The position numbers were made by a program, and so were the translations under genes. DNA of 64,000 nt from an uncultured Christensenella sp. GTDB taxonomy: Bacteria; Bacillota; Clostridia; Christensenellales; UBA1242. Below are positions 28,330 through 35,358 of the stretch, piece by piece. Within the stretch, counting starts at the first letter, position 1. Every line of letters starts with the position of its first letter. The notes beneath the pieces are model-generated. The model was not told the origin of the DNA and ran no database searches. It saw only the letters and a list, made by a program, of their open reading frames with translations. The stretch covers positions 21,222-85,221 of the forward strand of contig CAJUBT010000005.1 of assembly GCA_910584815.1 (NCBI GenBank), written 5' to 3'.

Positions 28330-28998
28330 ATGAAAAATATTGAATATTATCAAAAAAAATTAAAAATTTATTCAATAGCAAGATGGTCATTAATAGGATT
28401 TGGTTTAGCATTATTCTTAATTGAATTTACACTTAGCCTTAATGGCATTGATTTATTTACAGTTTTAGGCTATATAGGAGTTATTATAGGAATAATTGCT
28501 ATAATAATCGGTTTTGCTTTTGGAAGAATAATAATAAAAACATTAGAACATATAGAAAAATTGAAAACAATAACAGAAGCCATAGAAGATAGTAAAGGAA
28601 ACGAAATAGATATAAATAAGTATGAAAGTAAAAAATTAATAACTGATAATGAAAATTTTTTTTATAACATAATAGAAAATAACTTTGGGAATAAATATAA
28701 AGTTCAAACACAAATTTATTTAGGGGCTATTGTAAATAAGAAAAAGAAGTTTCCTAGTGAATACCAAAACGAACTAAATAAAACAATAGACTTTGGCATT
28801 TTTGATAAAGGAACATTATACCCTTTATTATTAATTGAAATAAATGATAAAACCCACTCGGAAACTAAAAGAATTGAAAGAGATAAGAAAGTCAAAAAGA
28901 TTTGTGAGTTAGCAAATTTAAAACTAATTTCATTTCCAGCATACGAAAAAGATGAAAATTATATTATAGAAAAGATAGAAAGAGAACTAAAAATTTAG
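28330..28998 (+). CDS. Membrane-anchored DUF2726-like (PD-(D/E)xK nuclease-fold) protein; the only + strand gene in the prophage
   Basis: 222 aa with two N-terminal TM helices and a charged linker. The C-terminal ENNFFYNII...YKVQTQIYLGAIV...IDFGIFDKGTLYPLLLIEINDKTHSETKRIERDKKVKKICELANLKLISF matches the DUF2726 pattern (vDFvi.d...p.laIElDd.sH...rD...aGi.li) as I remember it. Confidence 0.55.
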   Translation: MKNIEYYQKKLKIYSIARWSLIGFGLALFLIEFTLSLNGIDLFTVLGYIGVIIGIIAIIIGFAFGRIIIKTLEHIEKLKTITEAIEDSKGNEIDINKYESKKLITDNENFFYNIIENNFGNKYKVQTQIYLGAIVNKKKKFPSEYQNELNKTIDFGIFDKGTLYPLLLIEINDKTHSETKRIERDKKVKKICELANLKLISFPAYEKDENYIIEKIERELKI

Positions 28999-30704
28999 TT
29001 CTTTTTCTTTTTTTCTTTGCTTGCTTTATAAATTTCATATGACTTTTCTCTTTCTGCTTTTTTAACTTCTGCCCTATATCTTCTACTATTATATGTAATA
29101 TCATTGTAAACTTCTTTACCACTACCCCACAACACAGGCATAAAAGTTTGTAACAATTTAAAGAAGATAACAAAGGCTATACAAGCCCAAATAAAGCCAC
29201 CTAGATTAATTCCTAGAATAGATATATTTCCATTGCTAAAACCAAATATGTTAAATATAGCCCCAAAGAATTGGTTTAAATGAATGAGTTCTAAAATATC
29301 ACTAATTAAAGGGCAATAAAATACTAAGAATATTAAAGCATTTTGTACAGCTTCTAATATTGGAATATAGAATGGAGATAAAGAAAAACGCATATCTACA
29401 TAAGTAGGTTTTTTAAAATCAAAATTATAAGAGCCATTACTTGTTACAAGTGGTTCGTTATAATAAGTAAAATTAAAATCAAAACCCATATTAAAGGTCT
29501 TTGAATAATAATTTTGAAAATCAAAGAAGTTATAAGAAACTAAATTATCATCAAAAGATAAATAAAAATAAATATATTTATCAAATAAAATATTATTAAT
29601 ATTCTTATTCGATACATAAATAAATGTAGAGTTAGGCAAAGAACCATTATAAATTACATTATATTTATCACTTCCCTTTTGTAATTGATAAGTTACACCA
29701 TTTACATTATTAAGCAAATTATCATAATCATAGTTATAAATAATTAATGTATTATTAGTCCTGTAAACAGGTCTTAAAACCGAAAAATAAAAATCTTTAT
29801 ATAAAAAATTATAGTTAAAAGAAATCTCATTTTTAGTATTTAATGGTACAGAAGTTGTAGAAGTAGATTGAAAATAGTCCGCTCCACCAAGATCAATATA
29901 GGAGTCATTTTTATAAAAACGAAAATTACTAAGTGCAGGGGCAAAAGAAGATAAACGAGCGGCAGTATAACCACTAGATAAATAAGGCATACCAACAGAG
30001 CCAAAAGCAAAATACTGGAATTGAAATAAGAAATTACTAAAATAAGGATTAGAACGAATAAATAAAAAATCTAATAAAAAATTATCATAAGTAAAATTAG
30101 TTTGAGAATTCATATCATTAAATACATGTAAATCATAATCTTTACTTGAAAAATTTTTACTAAATATTCTATCACTATTTTCTTCAACAAAAAATTTCAT
30201 ATCAGAATAGGTACCGCCAAACGATGCAGAAGAAAAAAATATTTCAAAAGTATTATTAAATTTTAAGGTTAAGTTTCTTTTATAATACTGAGTATTGCCC
30301 ACAAAACCGAATGAATTAGTAGTTGCTTGATAATTAATACCAGTAGTAGAAGTTAAACAGCGAATAGCAAAATTACAATCAATTTGTTTATCAGAAGAGA
30401 AAGGAACATTATAATAAAAATAATTTCCTTCGTGAAACCAAGTCCCAGTGTTATGATGCAAAAAAGTAAAAATAAAAGAAGAGGAAGACAAAGTAAAAAC
30501 TGATTTAAAAACTAATGCACCATTTATAGTTAATGTTTCTATATCTTGTATAGCATAATTACCTAAATTAGAAGTGTCAGTATAAACTTCACTATCAGTA
30601 TAATTATAAGTTTTACCACTATCAGCATTAGCAGCTATTGGAATAAAAAGACAAGAAAAAACGAGAACTAAACTTGTTAAAATTAAAAATATTTTTTTAC
30701 GCAT
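28995..30704 (-). CDS. Large secreted, C-terminally anchored protein, a candidate pIII-like adsorption/minor coat protein
   Basis: I prefer the ATG at 30704 (RBS GGGGGT) over the TTG at 30716. Signal peptide MRKKIFLILTSLVLVFSCLFIPIAANA, N/Y/F/S-rich body, 2-3 C-terminal TM helices and a Lys-rich tail. The start overlaps the upstream gene by 8 nt. Its stop overlaps the stop of the convergent gene at 28995-28998. Confidence 0.55.
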   Translation of the reverse strand: MRKKIFLILTSLVLVFSCLFIPIAANADSGKTYNYTDSEVYTDTSNLGNYAIQDIETLTINGALVFKSVFTLSSSSFIFTFLHHNTGTWFHEGNYFYYNVPFSSDKQIDCNFAIRCLTSTTGINYQATTNSFGFVGNTQYYKRNLTLKFNNTFEIFFSSASFGGTYSDMKFFVEENSDRIFSKNFSSKDYDLHVFNDMNSQTNFTYDNFLLDFLFIRSNPYFSNFLFQFQYFAFGSVGMPYLSSGYTAARLSSFAPALSNFRFYKNDSYIDLGGADYFQSTSTTSVPLNTKNEISFNYNFLYKDFYFSVLRPVYRTNNTLIIYNYDYDNLLNNVNGVTYQLQKGSDKYNVIYNGSLPNSTFIYVSNKNINNILFDKYIYFYLSFDDNLVSYNFFDFQNYYSKTFNMGFDFNFTYYNEPLVTSNGSYNFDFKKPTYVDMRFSLSPFYIPILEAVQNALIFLVFYCPLISDILELIHLNQFFGAIFNIFGFSNGNISILGINLGGFIWACIAFVIFFKLLQTFMPVLWGSGKEVYNDITYNSRRYRAEVKKAEREKSYEIYKASKEKKKKN

Positions 30705-31041
30705 TTTTACCCCCAAAAATTAAAGAGATTATAAACACTATTATTGTGGAGCCAAACAAAACTCTAAAAAAGGTTAAAGCCCACGAAATAGAGCCTATTT
30801 GAATAGAACTATCTAAAATGGAATTCGTATAGTTTATAGAAGAATTTAAAAAAATTAAATCAAAAGCCCAAGATAAAAATGACCAAATAGAAGAAAGGAC
30901 AAGACCTATTCCATATTTATCAGTTATTAAAGATAAAGTTCCGCCCATACTATCAAAGGCTATTGTTAAATAAGAGCCAAAGAAAGATAGAATTAAAGAA
31001 CATACAACAAATAAAATGCCAAATTTAAGAACAGATTGCAT
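30697..31041 (-). CDS. Small polytopic membrane protein (virion/assembly, pVI-like position)
   Basis: 114 aa with about 4 hydrophobic helices. Translationally coupled to both neighbours by overlaps. Confidence 0.5.
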   Translation of the reverse strand: MQSVLKFGILFVVCSLILSFFGSYLTIAFDSMGGTLSLITDKYGIGLVLSSIWSFLSWAFDLIFLNSSINYTNSILDSSIQIGSISWALTFFRVLFGSTIIVFIISLIFGGKNA

Positions 31042-31262
31042 TATTCCCCACCCCCAAAATGTTGCTTAATAGCATTTAAAATAAAACCAAAAATAATACT
31101 AAAAATAATCAGTGCTAAACAAATATGCCCTACTGATATTATGTAGGTAGAGCCATCCCAAAACAAATTCATCTGGAATAATGAATTTATCGAAACACTG
31201 ATAACACTAAGAATTAACATAAAGAAATCTTTACAAATTCCTATAAAAGTTGAAATTAACAT
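31041..31262 (-). CDS. Small two-TM membrane protein
   Basis: 73 aa. Its stop overlaps the next start by 1 nt. RBS AAAGGTGG upstream. Confidence 0.5.
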   Translation of the reverse strand: MLISTFIGICKDFFMLILSVISVSINSLFQMNLFWDGSTYIISVGHICLALIIFSIIFGFILNAIKQHFGGGE

Positions 31263-31311
31263 ATAACCACCTTTTGAGAATTGAACTCAAAATTAAACTT
31301 TCTTAGTAGGC

Positions 31312-31341
31312 GATAAAAAGAAAAAGGTATAATACCCTTTT
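31312..31341 (-). terminator. Intrinsic terminator immediately after the coat protein gene
   Basis: The minus strand reads AAAAGGGTA-TTA-TACCTTTT, a 9-bp stem including one G-U pair, followed by TCTTTTTAT. It starts about 12 nt after the stop codon. Confidence 0.5.
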
Positions 31342-31352
31342 CTTTTATTAAA

Positions 31353-31592
31353 TTACATAGATTTACGAACTCTACCACTAAAAATATGGTAAACCTTAGT
31401 TACACAAGCGATAACAAGAGAAATACCAGCAAGGGCTAAAAGACCGCTAGCAAGTCCAGTTAAAGCCATATTTTCACCAGTTCCAGTAATGAATAGTCCG
31501 TCAAAGGCAGAAACTAATGCTGTTGGTAACTGAGTTGCAAAACCACTAATTGCAGAGCCAATAGCATTTACTATTAAAGTTACGATATTCAT
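31353..31592 (-). CDS. Candidate major coat protein (pVIII-like)
   Basis: 79 aa. Signal-like N-terminus (…SAISGFA|TQ), acidic residues in the mature N-terminus (D, E), a Gly/Ala-rich TM helix (LTGLASGLLALAGISLVIACV) and a basic C-terminus (KVYHIFSGRVRKSM). Own RBS AAAAGGGG and a downstream terminator. Confidence 0.6.
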   Translation of the reverse strand: MNIVTLIVNAIGSAISGFATQLPTALVSAFDGLFITGTGENMALTGLASGLLALAGISLVIACVTKVYHIFSGRVRKSM

Positions 31593-31719
31593 ATAACAAA
31601 ACCCCTTTTATAAATTTGAAAGTTTAAAGAGTTTCCATAACTCTATATTTACAAAGACTAAACAAGTCTTGAAATACCAAATTCAAATTATGTTAAGTAG
31701 GTTTTTAACATATAAATAT

Positions 31720-31983
31720 TTATTGTTTTGACTGCGATTTTTTTAATAAAGCATTTTGAACTTCTAAGTCAATTTTCTTTTGATATCTAAAAGACAAAGT
31801 TTTTTCGCGCAGAACTTTCTTTTTTTCTTTACCAGTAATAATATTTTTTTTAATCATTTCTTGCTTTTCTTCTGCTGTTGGTAATTGTTTCTTTAATTCT
31901 TTACGAATTAAAAAAAACAACACTATACAACCAATAAAAGCAAATAAACCAAAGTATTGAAAAAATGCACTAAGAAAAACCAT
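31720..31983 (-). CDS. Small N-terminally anchored protein with a Lys-rich C-terminus
   Basis: I prefer the ATG at 31983 (MVFLSAFF..., RBS AAGGAGAAGGTG, 1 nt after the upstream stop) over the track start at 32007. Confidence 0.45.
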   Translation of the reverse strand: MVFLSAFFQYFGLFAFIGCIVLFFLIRKELKKQLPTAEEKQEMIKKNIITGKEKKKVLREKTLSFRYQKKIDLEVQNALLKKSQSKQ

Positions 31984-31984
31984 T

Positions 31985-32239
31985 TTAAACACCTTCTCCT
32001 TTATCATTTAATAAAATTCCACAAGAAACTAAACTATCAATTATTGCAGGACTTTCACTAACAAAATTTACTGCTTGATAATAATTCGCATTAAGATAAG
32101 CCGAAGCCTCAATTAAAGATTTAAAATTTTTTATAATAATACCACTTGACAACTCAACAAGAGATATTAAACCACCAGTTCGCACTAAAAAATAACATTT
32201 AGTAGAAGCGTGAATATAAAAACATAATATTTTAAACAT
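31985..32239 (-). CDS. Small soluble hypothetical protein
   Basis: 84 aa, in operon context directly after the ATPase gene. No motif recognised. Confidence 0.4.
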   Translation of the reverse strand: MFKILCFYIHASTKCYFLVRTGGLISLVELSSGIIIKNFKSLIEASAYLNANYYQAVNFVSESPAIIDSLVSCGILLNDKGEGV

Positions 32240-32254
32240 AAGATATGATTCCTT

Positions 32255-33256
32255 TTAAGTTTTTAAAAAAGTGTCTTTTATATCTTCTTTCATTTCATTT
32301 AATGAAAAGTTATCTTCCATTATCTTTTTATCTTTTCTAGCGGAAGTACCCCATACATAAGGTTTTTTATCTTCTTTTGCAGGGTTAAATTCTTTAAATA
32401 CATATGTGTTAATGCCACCAAAGAACTTATAAATACTACCAACTAATTTTTTATGATTTTTATCTTCAATAGTAATGTTATAATGGTCAGCATACTCACC
32501 TAACTTAACGAACTCCATAAATTCAATAGACACATTAGTAAAAGGGTTATTTATCTTCTGCCCTTTTTCTCTTTTTCTATTAACGAAAAATAAAATAAAT
32601 TTTGCTATTAAATATAAAATAATTGAACTAGGCTTTTTATCTACGCCTTTACATTGAATAACATAATATGTATTTCTATAAAGAGAAACATTCATATTGC
32701 CTTGTGCTTGATCAACATAAATTAAATGGGCCTTATCTCCATACCATTGGCGAAAAAATTTGTTTAAAAAATCAATTCTTTTACGAGTAACACTATCTTT
32801 CTTGTCATAATGATAAGCATCAGCTTGAGCCCCTGCTTCATCTACAAGAACGCCGGCATCTTCTTCTAATTTCAATTTTAGAAGTAAATGTTTATTTGTA
32901 AATGCCTTATAACCATCATTTTTAGTATTATAATAACGCTTACTTGCTGGGGTAAATGTTATGAGTAAAAAATTTGCTAAGGTTGATTTGCCGGAGCCAA
33001 TGCCACCAAGAACAGCCAGAGAATTATTTTCTTTATAAGTTGCAAATAAATCTTTTTTAGTACCAAAATTTTTAAATACATTTTTATACCAAGTATAAAC
33101 ATTAAAAGCAGTTACACCGACCAATGACACAAGTAAAAAAGTATTTTTAACATAAGATAGAAGTAAAAAACCAAAAATTAAATTTATTACACCATACCAA
33201 GTATTATAAAAATTAACTATAAACTTTAAGAATTTAACTATTCTTTTTTTCATCAA
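32255..33256 (-). CDS. Membrane P-loop NTPase, candidate Zot/pI-like assembly ATPase
   Basis: 333 aa. Two N-terminal TM helices, Walker A GGIGSGKST, Walker B GVLVDEAG, and a further TM helix (SIILYLIAKFILFFV) after the NTPase core, as in pI/Zot topology. Confidence 0.6.
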   Translation of the reverse strand: MMKKRIVKFLKFIVNFYNTWYGVINLIFGFLLLSYVKNTFLLVSLVGVTAFNVYTWYKNVFKNFGTKKDLFATYKENNSLAVLGGIGSGKSTLANFLLITFTPASKRYYNTKNDGYKAFTNKHLLLKLKLEEDAGVLVDEAGAQADAYHYDKKDSVTRKRIDFLNKFFRQWYGDKAHLIYVDQAQGNMNVSLYRNTYYVIQCKGVDKKPSSIILYLIAKFILFFVNRKREKGQKINNPFTNVSIEFMEFVKLGEYADHYNITIEDKNHKKLVGSIYKFFGGINTYVFKEFNPAKEDKKPYVWGTSARKDKKIMEDNFSLNEMKEDIKDTFLKT

Positions 33257-33488
33257 CTTCTACTTCCTTCCATAAAGAATTTTTAAAAATAAGGTTTACA
33301 AATAATTTTAAAACATAAATAAATGGTTTTAAAAATAAATGCCAAAATACCCATATTTGTAAAGCGAAGAAGAAACATAAAAAGATAAAAGTTAAAAATG
33401 AATTATAACCATAAAATTGATATATTGGTAAATATATTGTTTCTAAAAGTGCTAACCAAAATTGACTAATCACGGCGAACACCCCCAA
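33234..33488 (-). CDS. Small two-TM membrane protein
   Basis: 84 aa from a TTG start. A GTG at 33473, preceded by GGGGGTG, is a plausible alternative. Overlaps both neighbours. Confidence 0.45.
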   Translation of the reverse strand: MGVFAVISQFWLALLETIYLPIYQFYGYNSFLTFIFLCFFFALQIWVFWHLFLKPFIYVLKLFVNLIFKNSLWKEVEVDEKKNS

Positions 33489-33678
33489 GCGAGATTAAAA
33501 AAATAATGGAATTAAAACAAAGATATAAAAAGTAAAATATAACTACTAATTGAAAGCAATTAGTAAAAGAACCATACATTGTTACTAGTTCTGTAGGTAA
33601 AGAACCAGTATAACCAGTAAAATCGATTAGAAGTAATGAAGATATATAATTAAAAAATACATTTAAAAAATCTAACAT
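33466..33678 (-). CDS. Small two-TM membrane protein
   Basis: 70 aa. Its ATG overlaps the stop of the upstream 46-aa ORF (TAATG). Confidence 0.45.
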   Translation of the reverse strand: MLDFLNVFFNYISSLLLIDFTGYTGSLPTELVTMYGSFTNCFQLVVIFYFLYLCFNSIIFLISLGGVRRD

Positions 33679-33818
33679 TATTTTTTAGTCCTTTTATGCA
33701 TTAAAAATTTATTCCAAATCTTCCAAAAGACTTTACTTAGCATATATGAAATGGCTATTACATAAAACCAAGTTTGTATATCATTATTAAAAACTTGATT
33801 AAATAAATCTATAATCAT
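33678..33818 (-). CDS. 46-aa single-TM protein with a basic C-terminus (below the ORF-track cutoff), candidate minor coat protein
   Basis: Hand translation: MIIDLFNQVFNNDIQTWFYVIAISYMLSKVFWKIWNKFLMHKRTKK. The ATG overlaps the upstream stop (ATGA) and its stop overlaps the next ATG (TAATG), so it exactly fills an otherwise unexplained 136-nt gap. Confidence 0.5.
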   Translation of the reverse strand: MIIDLFNQVFNNDIQTWFYVIAISYMLSKVFWKIWNKFLMHKRTKK

Positions 33819-34084
33819 TTTATAGGTTCAACCGATACAAACTTTTTAAAATCACTCATAGCAGAAATTTCAAAACATACCTTACAAGGTTTTAATAATG
33901 CTAAACCCTTAATATCTAAATTTTCATCACTAAAATATGTTTTAAAATTTACAACTTGCCTATTGTTATCAACTTCCAAGAAGTTATACATATAACTTTT
34001 TACACCTGTTTTATTTCCAGTTGTTTTATCCTTTTTCTCGTATTCTGTTTTTCCACCGAATAATAATTCACAATAAACTTTCAT
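33815..34084 (-). CDS. Small beta-rich protein, candidate ssDNA-binding protein (pV-like position)
   Basis: 89 aa. First gene of the coupled block, with RBS AAGGAGAAAA. Size and position match inovirus gV. No sequence motif verified. Confidence 0.4.
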   Translation of the reverse strand: MKVYCELLFGGKTEYEKKDKTTGNKTGVKSYMYNFLEVDNNRQVVNFKTYFSDENLDIKGLALLKPCKVCFEISAMSDFKKFVSVEPIK

Positions 34085-34112
34085 TTTAAATTTTCTCCTT
34101 AATTAATTTAAT

Positions 34113-34151
34113 AAAAAAAATAGATTGATAATAATTTAATTTATCAATCTA
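34113..34151 (-). terminator. AT-rich hairpin plus T8 just upstream of the first structural-module gene
   Basis: 11-bp perfect inverted repeat TAGATTGATAA (34121-34131) / TTATCAATCTA (34141-34151). On the minus strand it is followed by TTTTTTTT (34120-34113), about 15 nt before the RBS of the 89-aa gene. Confidence 0.4.
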
Positions 34152-34184
34152 TGCAATAATGAAACTAATAATATAATTTAAACT

Positions 34185-34212
34185 AGTTCGCAAAACTATC
34201 TTTTTGCTAAGT
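34185..34212. repeat. Degenerate third copy of the boundary palindrome (11-6-11 geometry)
   Basis: AGTTCGCAAAA CTATCT TTTTGCTAAGT. 8 of 9 core positions pair. About 110 bp from the right boundary copy. Confidence 0.45.
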
Positions 34213-34292
34213 TTTTGGAATATTATATTTTTATCTTAATTAAAAACTGGGACAAATTAAGAAAAGTATTTATAATATTACCTACACCAAAA

Positions 34293-34328
34293 AATTCGCA
34301 AAAGTAACTCCGTTTTGCGAATAGTTTA
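34293..34328. repeat. Right boundary hairpin (att-like); also terminator-shaped for the minus-strand DUF45 gene
   Basis: 10-bp stem ATTCGCAAAA / TTTTGCGAAT with a 9-nt loop. On the minus strand it is followed by TTTTTGG. It shares ATTCGCAAAA and the 17-mer GTTTTGCGAATAGTTTA with the left copy. Confidence 0.6.
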
Positions 34329-34439
34329 AATAGTAAAAAAACTCCTAAAAATAATGTTTTTTATACAAATGATGTAAAAAATTATTATAGGTGAATTGCA
34401 ATTTTTTAAAGTTCGCTCCCCTACATACAATTTTAAATG

Positions 34440-35120
34440 CTAGTTATATAAATTTAGTAAAAAAACATATTCTTTTAAAATTTTTCTTTGTACTTTCCAA
34501 TCTGGACATACATTCTCTAAATTTATATAAAAATTTTTTGAATGATTTAATTCTAACAAATGAGTAAGTTCGTGATATATAACAAAATCTATCACCTTGG
34601 GTGATAGCATAACTAATTTCCAGTTAAATTTTAATACTCCAAAATTGTCGCAACTTCCCCACTTAGATTTAAAATTACCTATTACTATTTTAGTATATTT
34701 GAATTTTTTACTAAGTTTTGATAACTCCCCTACTCTATTTGTAATAATTTTAGAAGAGAGTTCTTTTAAAATTTTTTTTATATAAAAAGGTACTTTTTCT
34801 GCTTCAACATATTTATTAGGAATTAATAAACTATCCTCTGTAAAATAGCCCTTTCCTACCTTTGTGGTTGGAACTACAAAATATTTTTTGCCAAGCAATA
34901 AAACTTGATTATAATTAATTATATTATCAAATTTGTTATTTGTGGCCTTAATTTTATTTATTTTTTTTTGAAGAAGTTTTTCTTTACTTTTTAGAATTTC
35001 TTCTATTTTTGATGTCGAAATTAATTTCGGGCAATAAATGGAGAGCAATCCATTGTCACTGATTATTATTTTAATTGTTTTTCTTTTTTGTCGTATAATA
35101 TTTGCTTCATCTATAAGCAT
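34440..35120 (-). CDS. DUF45/YgjP-like M48-family metal-dependent hydrolase
   Basis: 226 aa. KWGSCDNFGVLKFNWKL...IDFVIYHELTHLLELNHSKNFY is the family signature (HExxH...H). Confidence 0.85.
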   Translation of the reverse strand: MLIDEANIIRQKRKTIKIIISDNGLLSIYCPKLISTSKIEEILKSKEKLLQKKINKIKATNNKFDNIINYNQVLLLGKKYFVVPTTKVGKGYFTEDSLLIPNKYVEAEKVPFYIKKILKELSSKIITNRVGELSKLSKKFKYTKIVIGNFKSKWGSCDNFGVLKFNWKLVMLSPKVIDFVIYHELTHLLELNHSKNFYINLENVCPDWKVQRKILKEYVFLLNLYN

Positions 35121-35358
35121 ATTTTAACCAACTTTTTTAATATTATTTTATAATATTTTAGCATATTTAATTGCTTATAAAAAGCATTTAGGGGCTAATT
35201 TTCTTGACTAAAAACCCTTGATTTTGTAATATAATAATAGATATTAAATTTGAGGTCCATTTAACTAAAAAAATAGTTTTAAAAAAAAGAGCTCAAATCT
35301 TTTTTGCATTTTTATTTATAAATTTTATATATAATTTTAAATTAAAAAGTAGGTTAAA

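Larger units (their letters stand above)
27068..34328 (-). mobile_element. Integrated filamentous (inovirus-like) prophage, about 7.3 kb
   Basis: HUH Rep, small OB-like protein, overlapping tiny TM-protein genes, P-loop Zot/pI-like ATPase, pVIII-like coat gene with terminator, and a large signal-peptide/C-terminal-anchor protein, all on one strand. Flanked by copies of the same hairpin, including an identical 17-mer GTTTTGCGAATAGTTTA. It interrupts otherwise housekeeping DNA. Confidence 0.7.
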
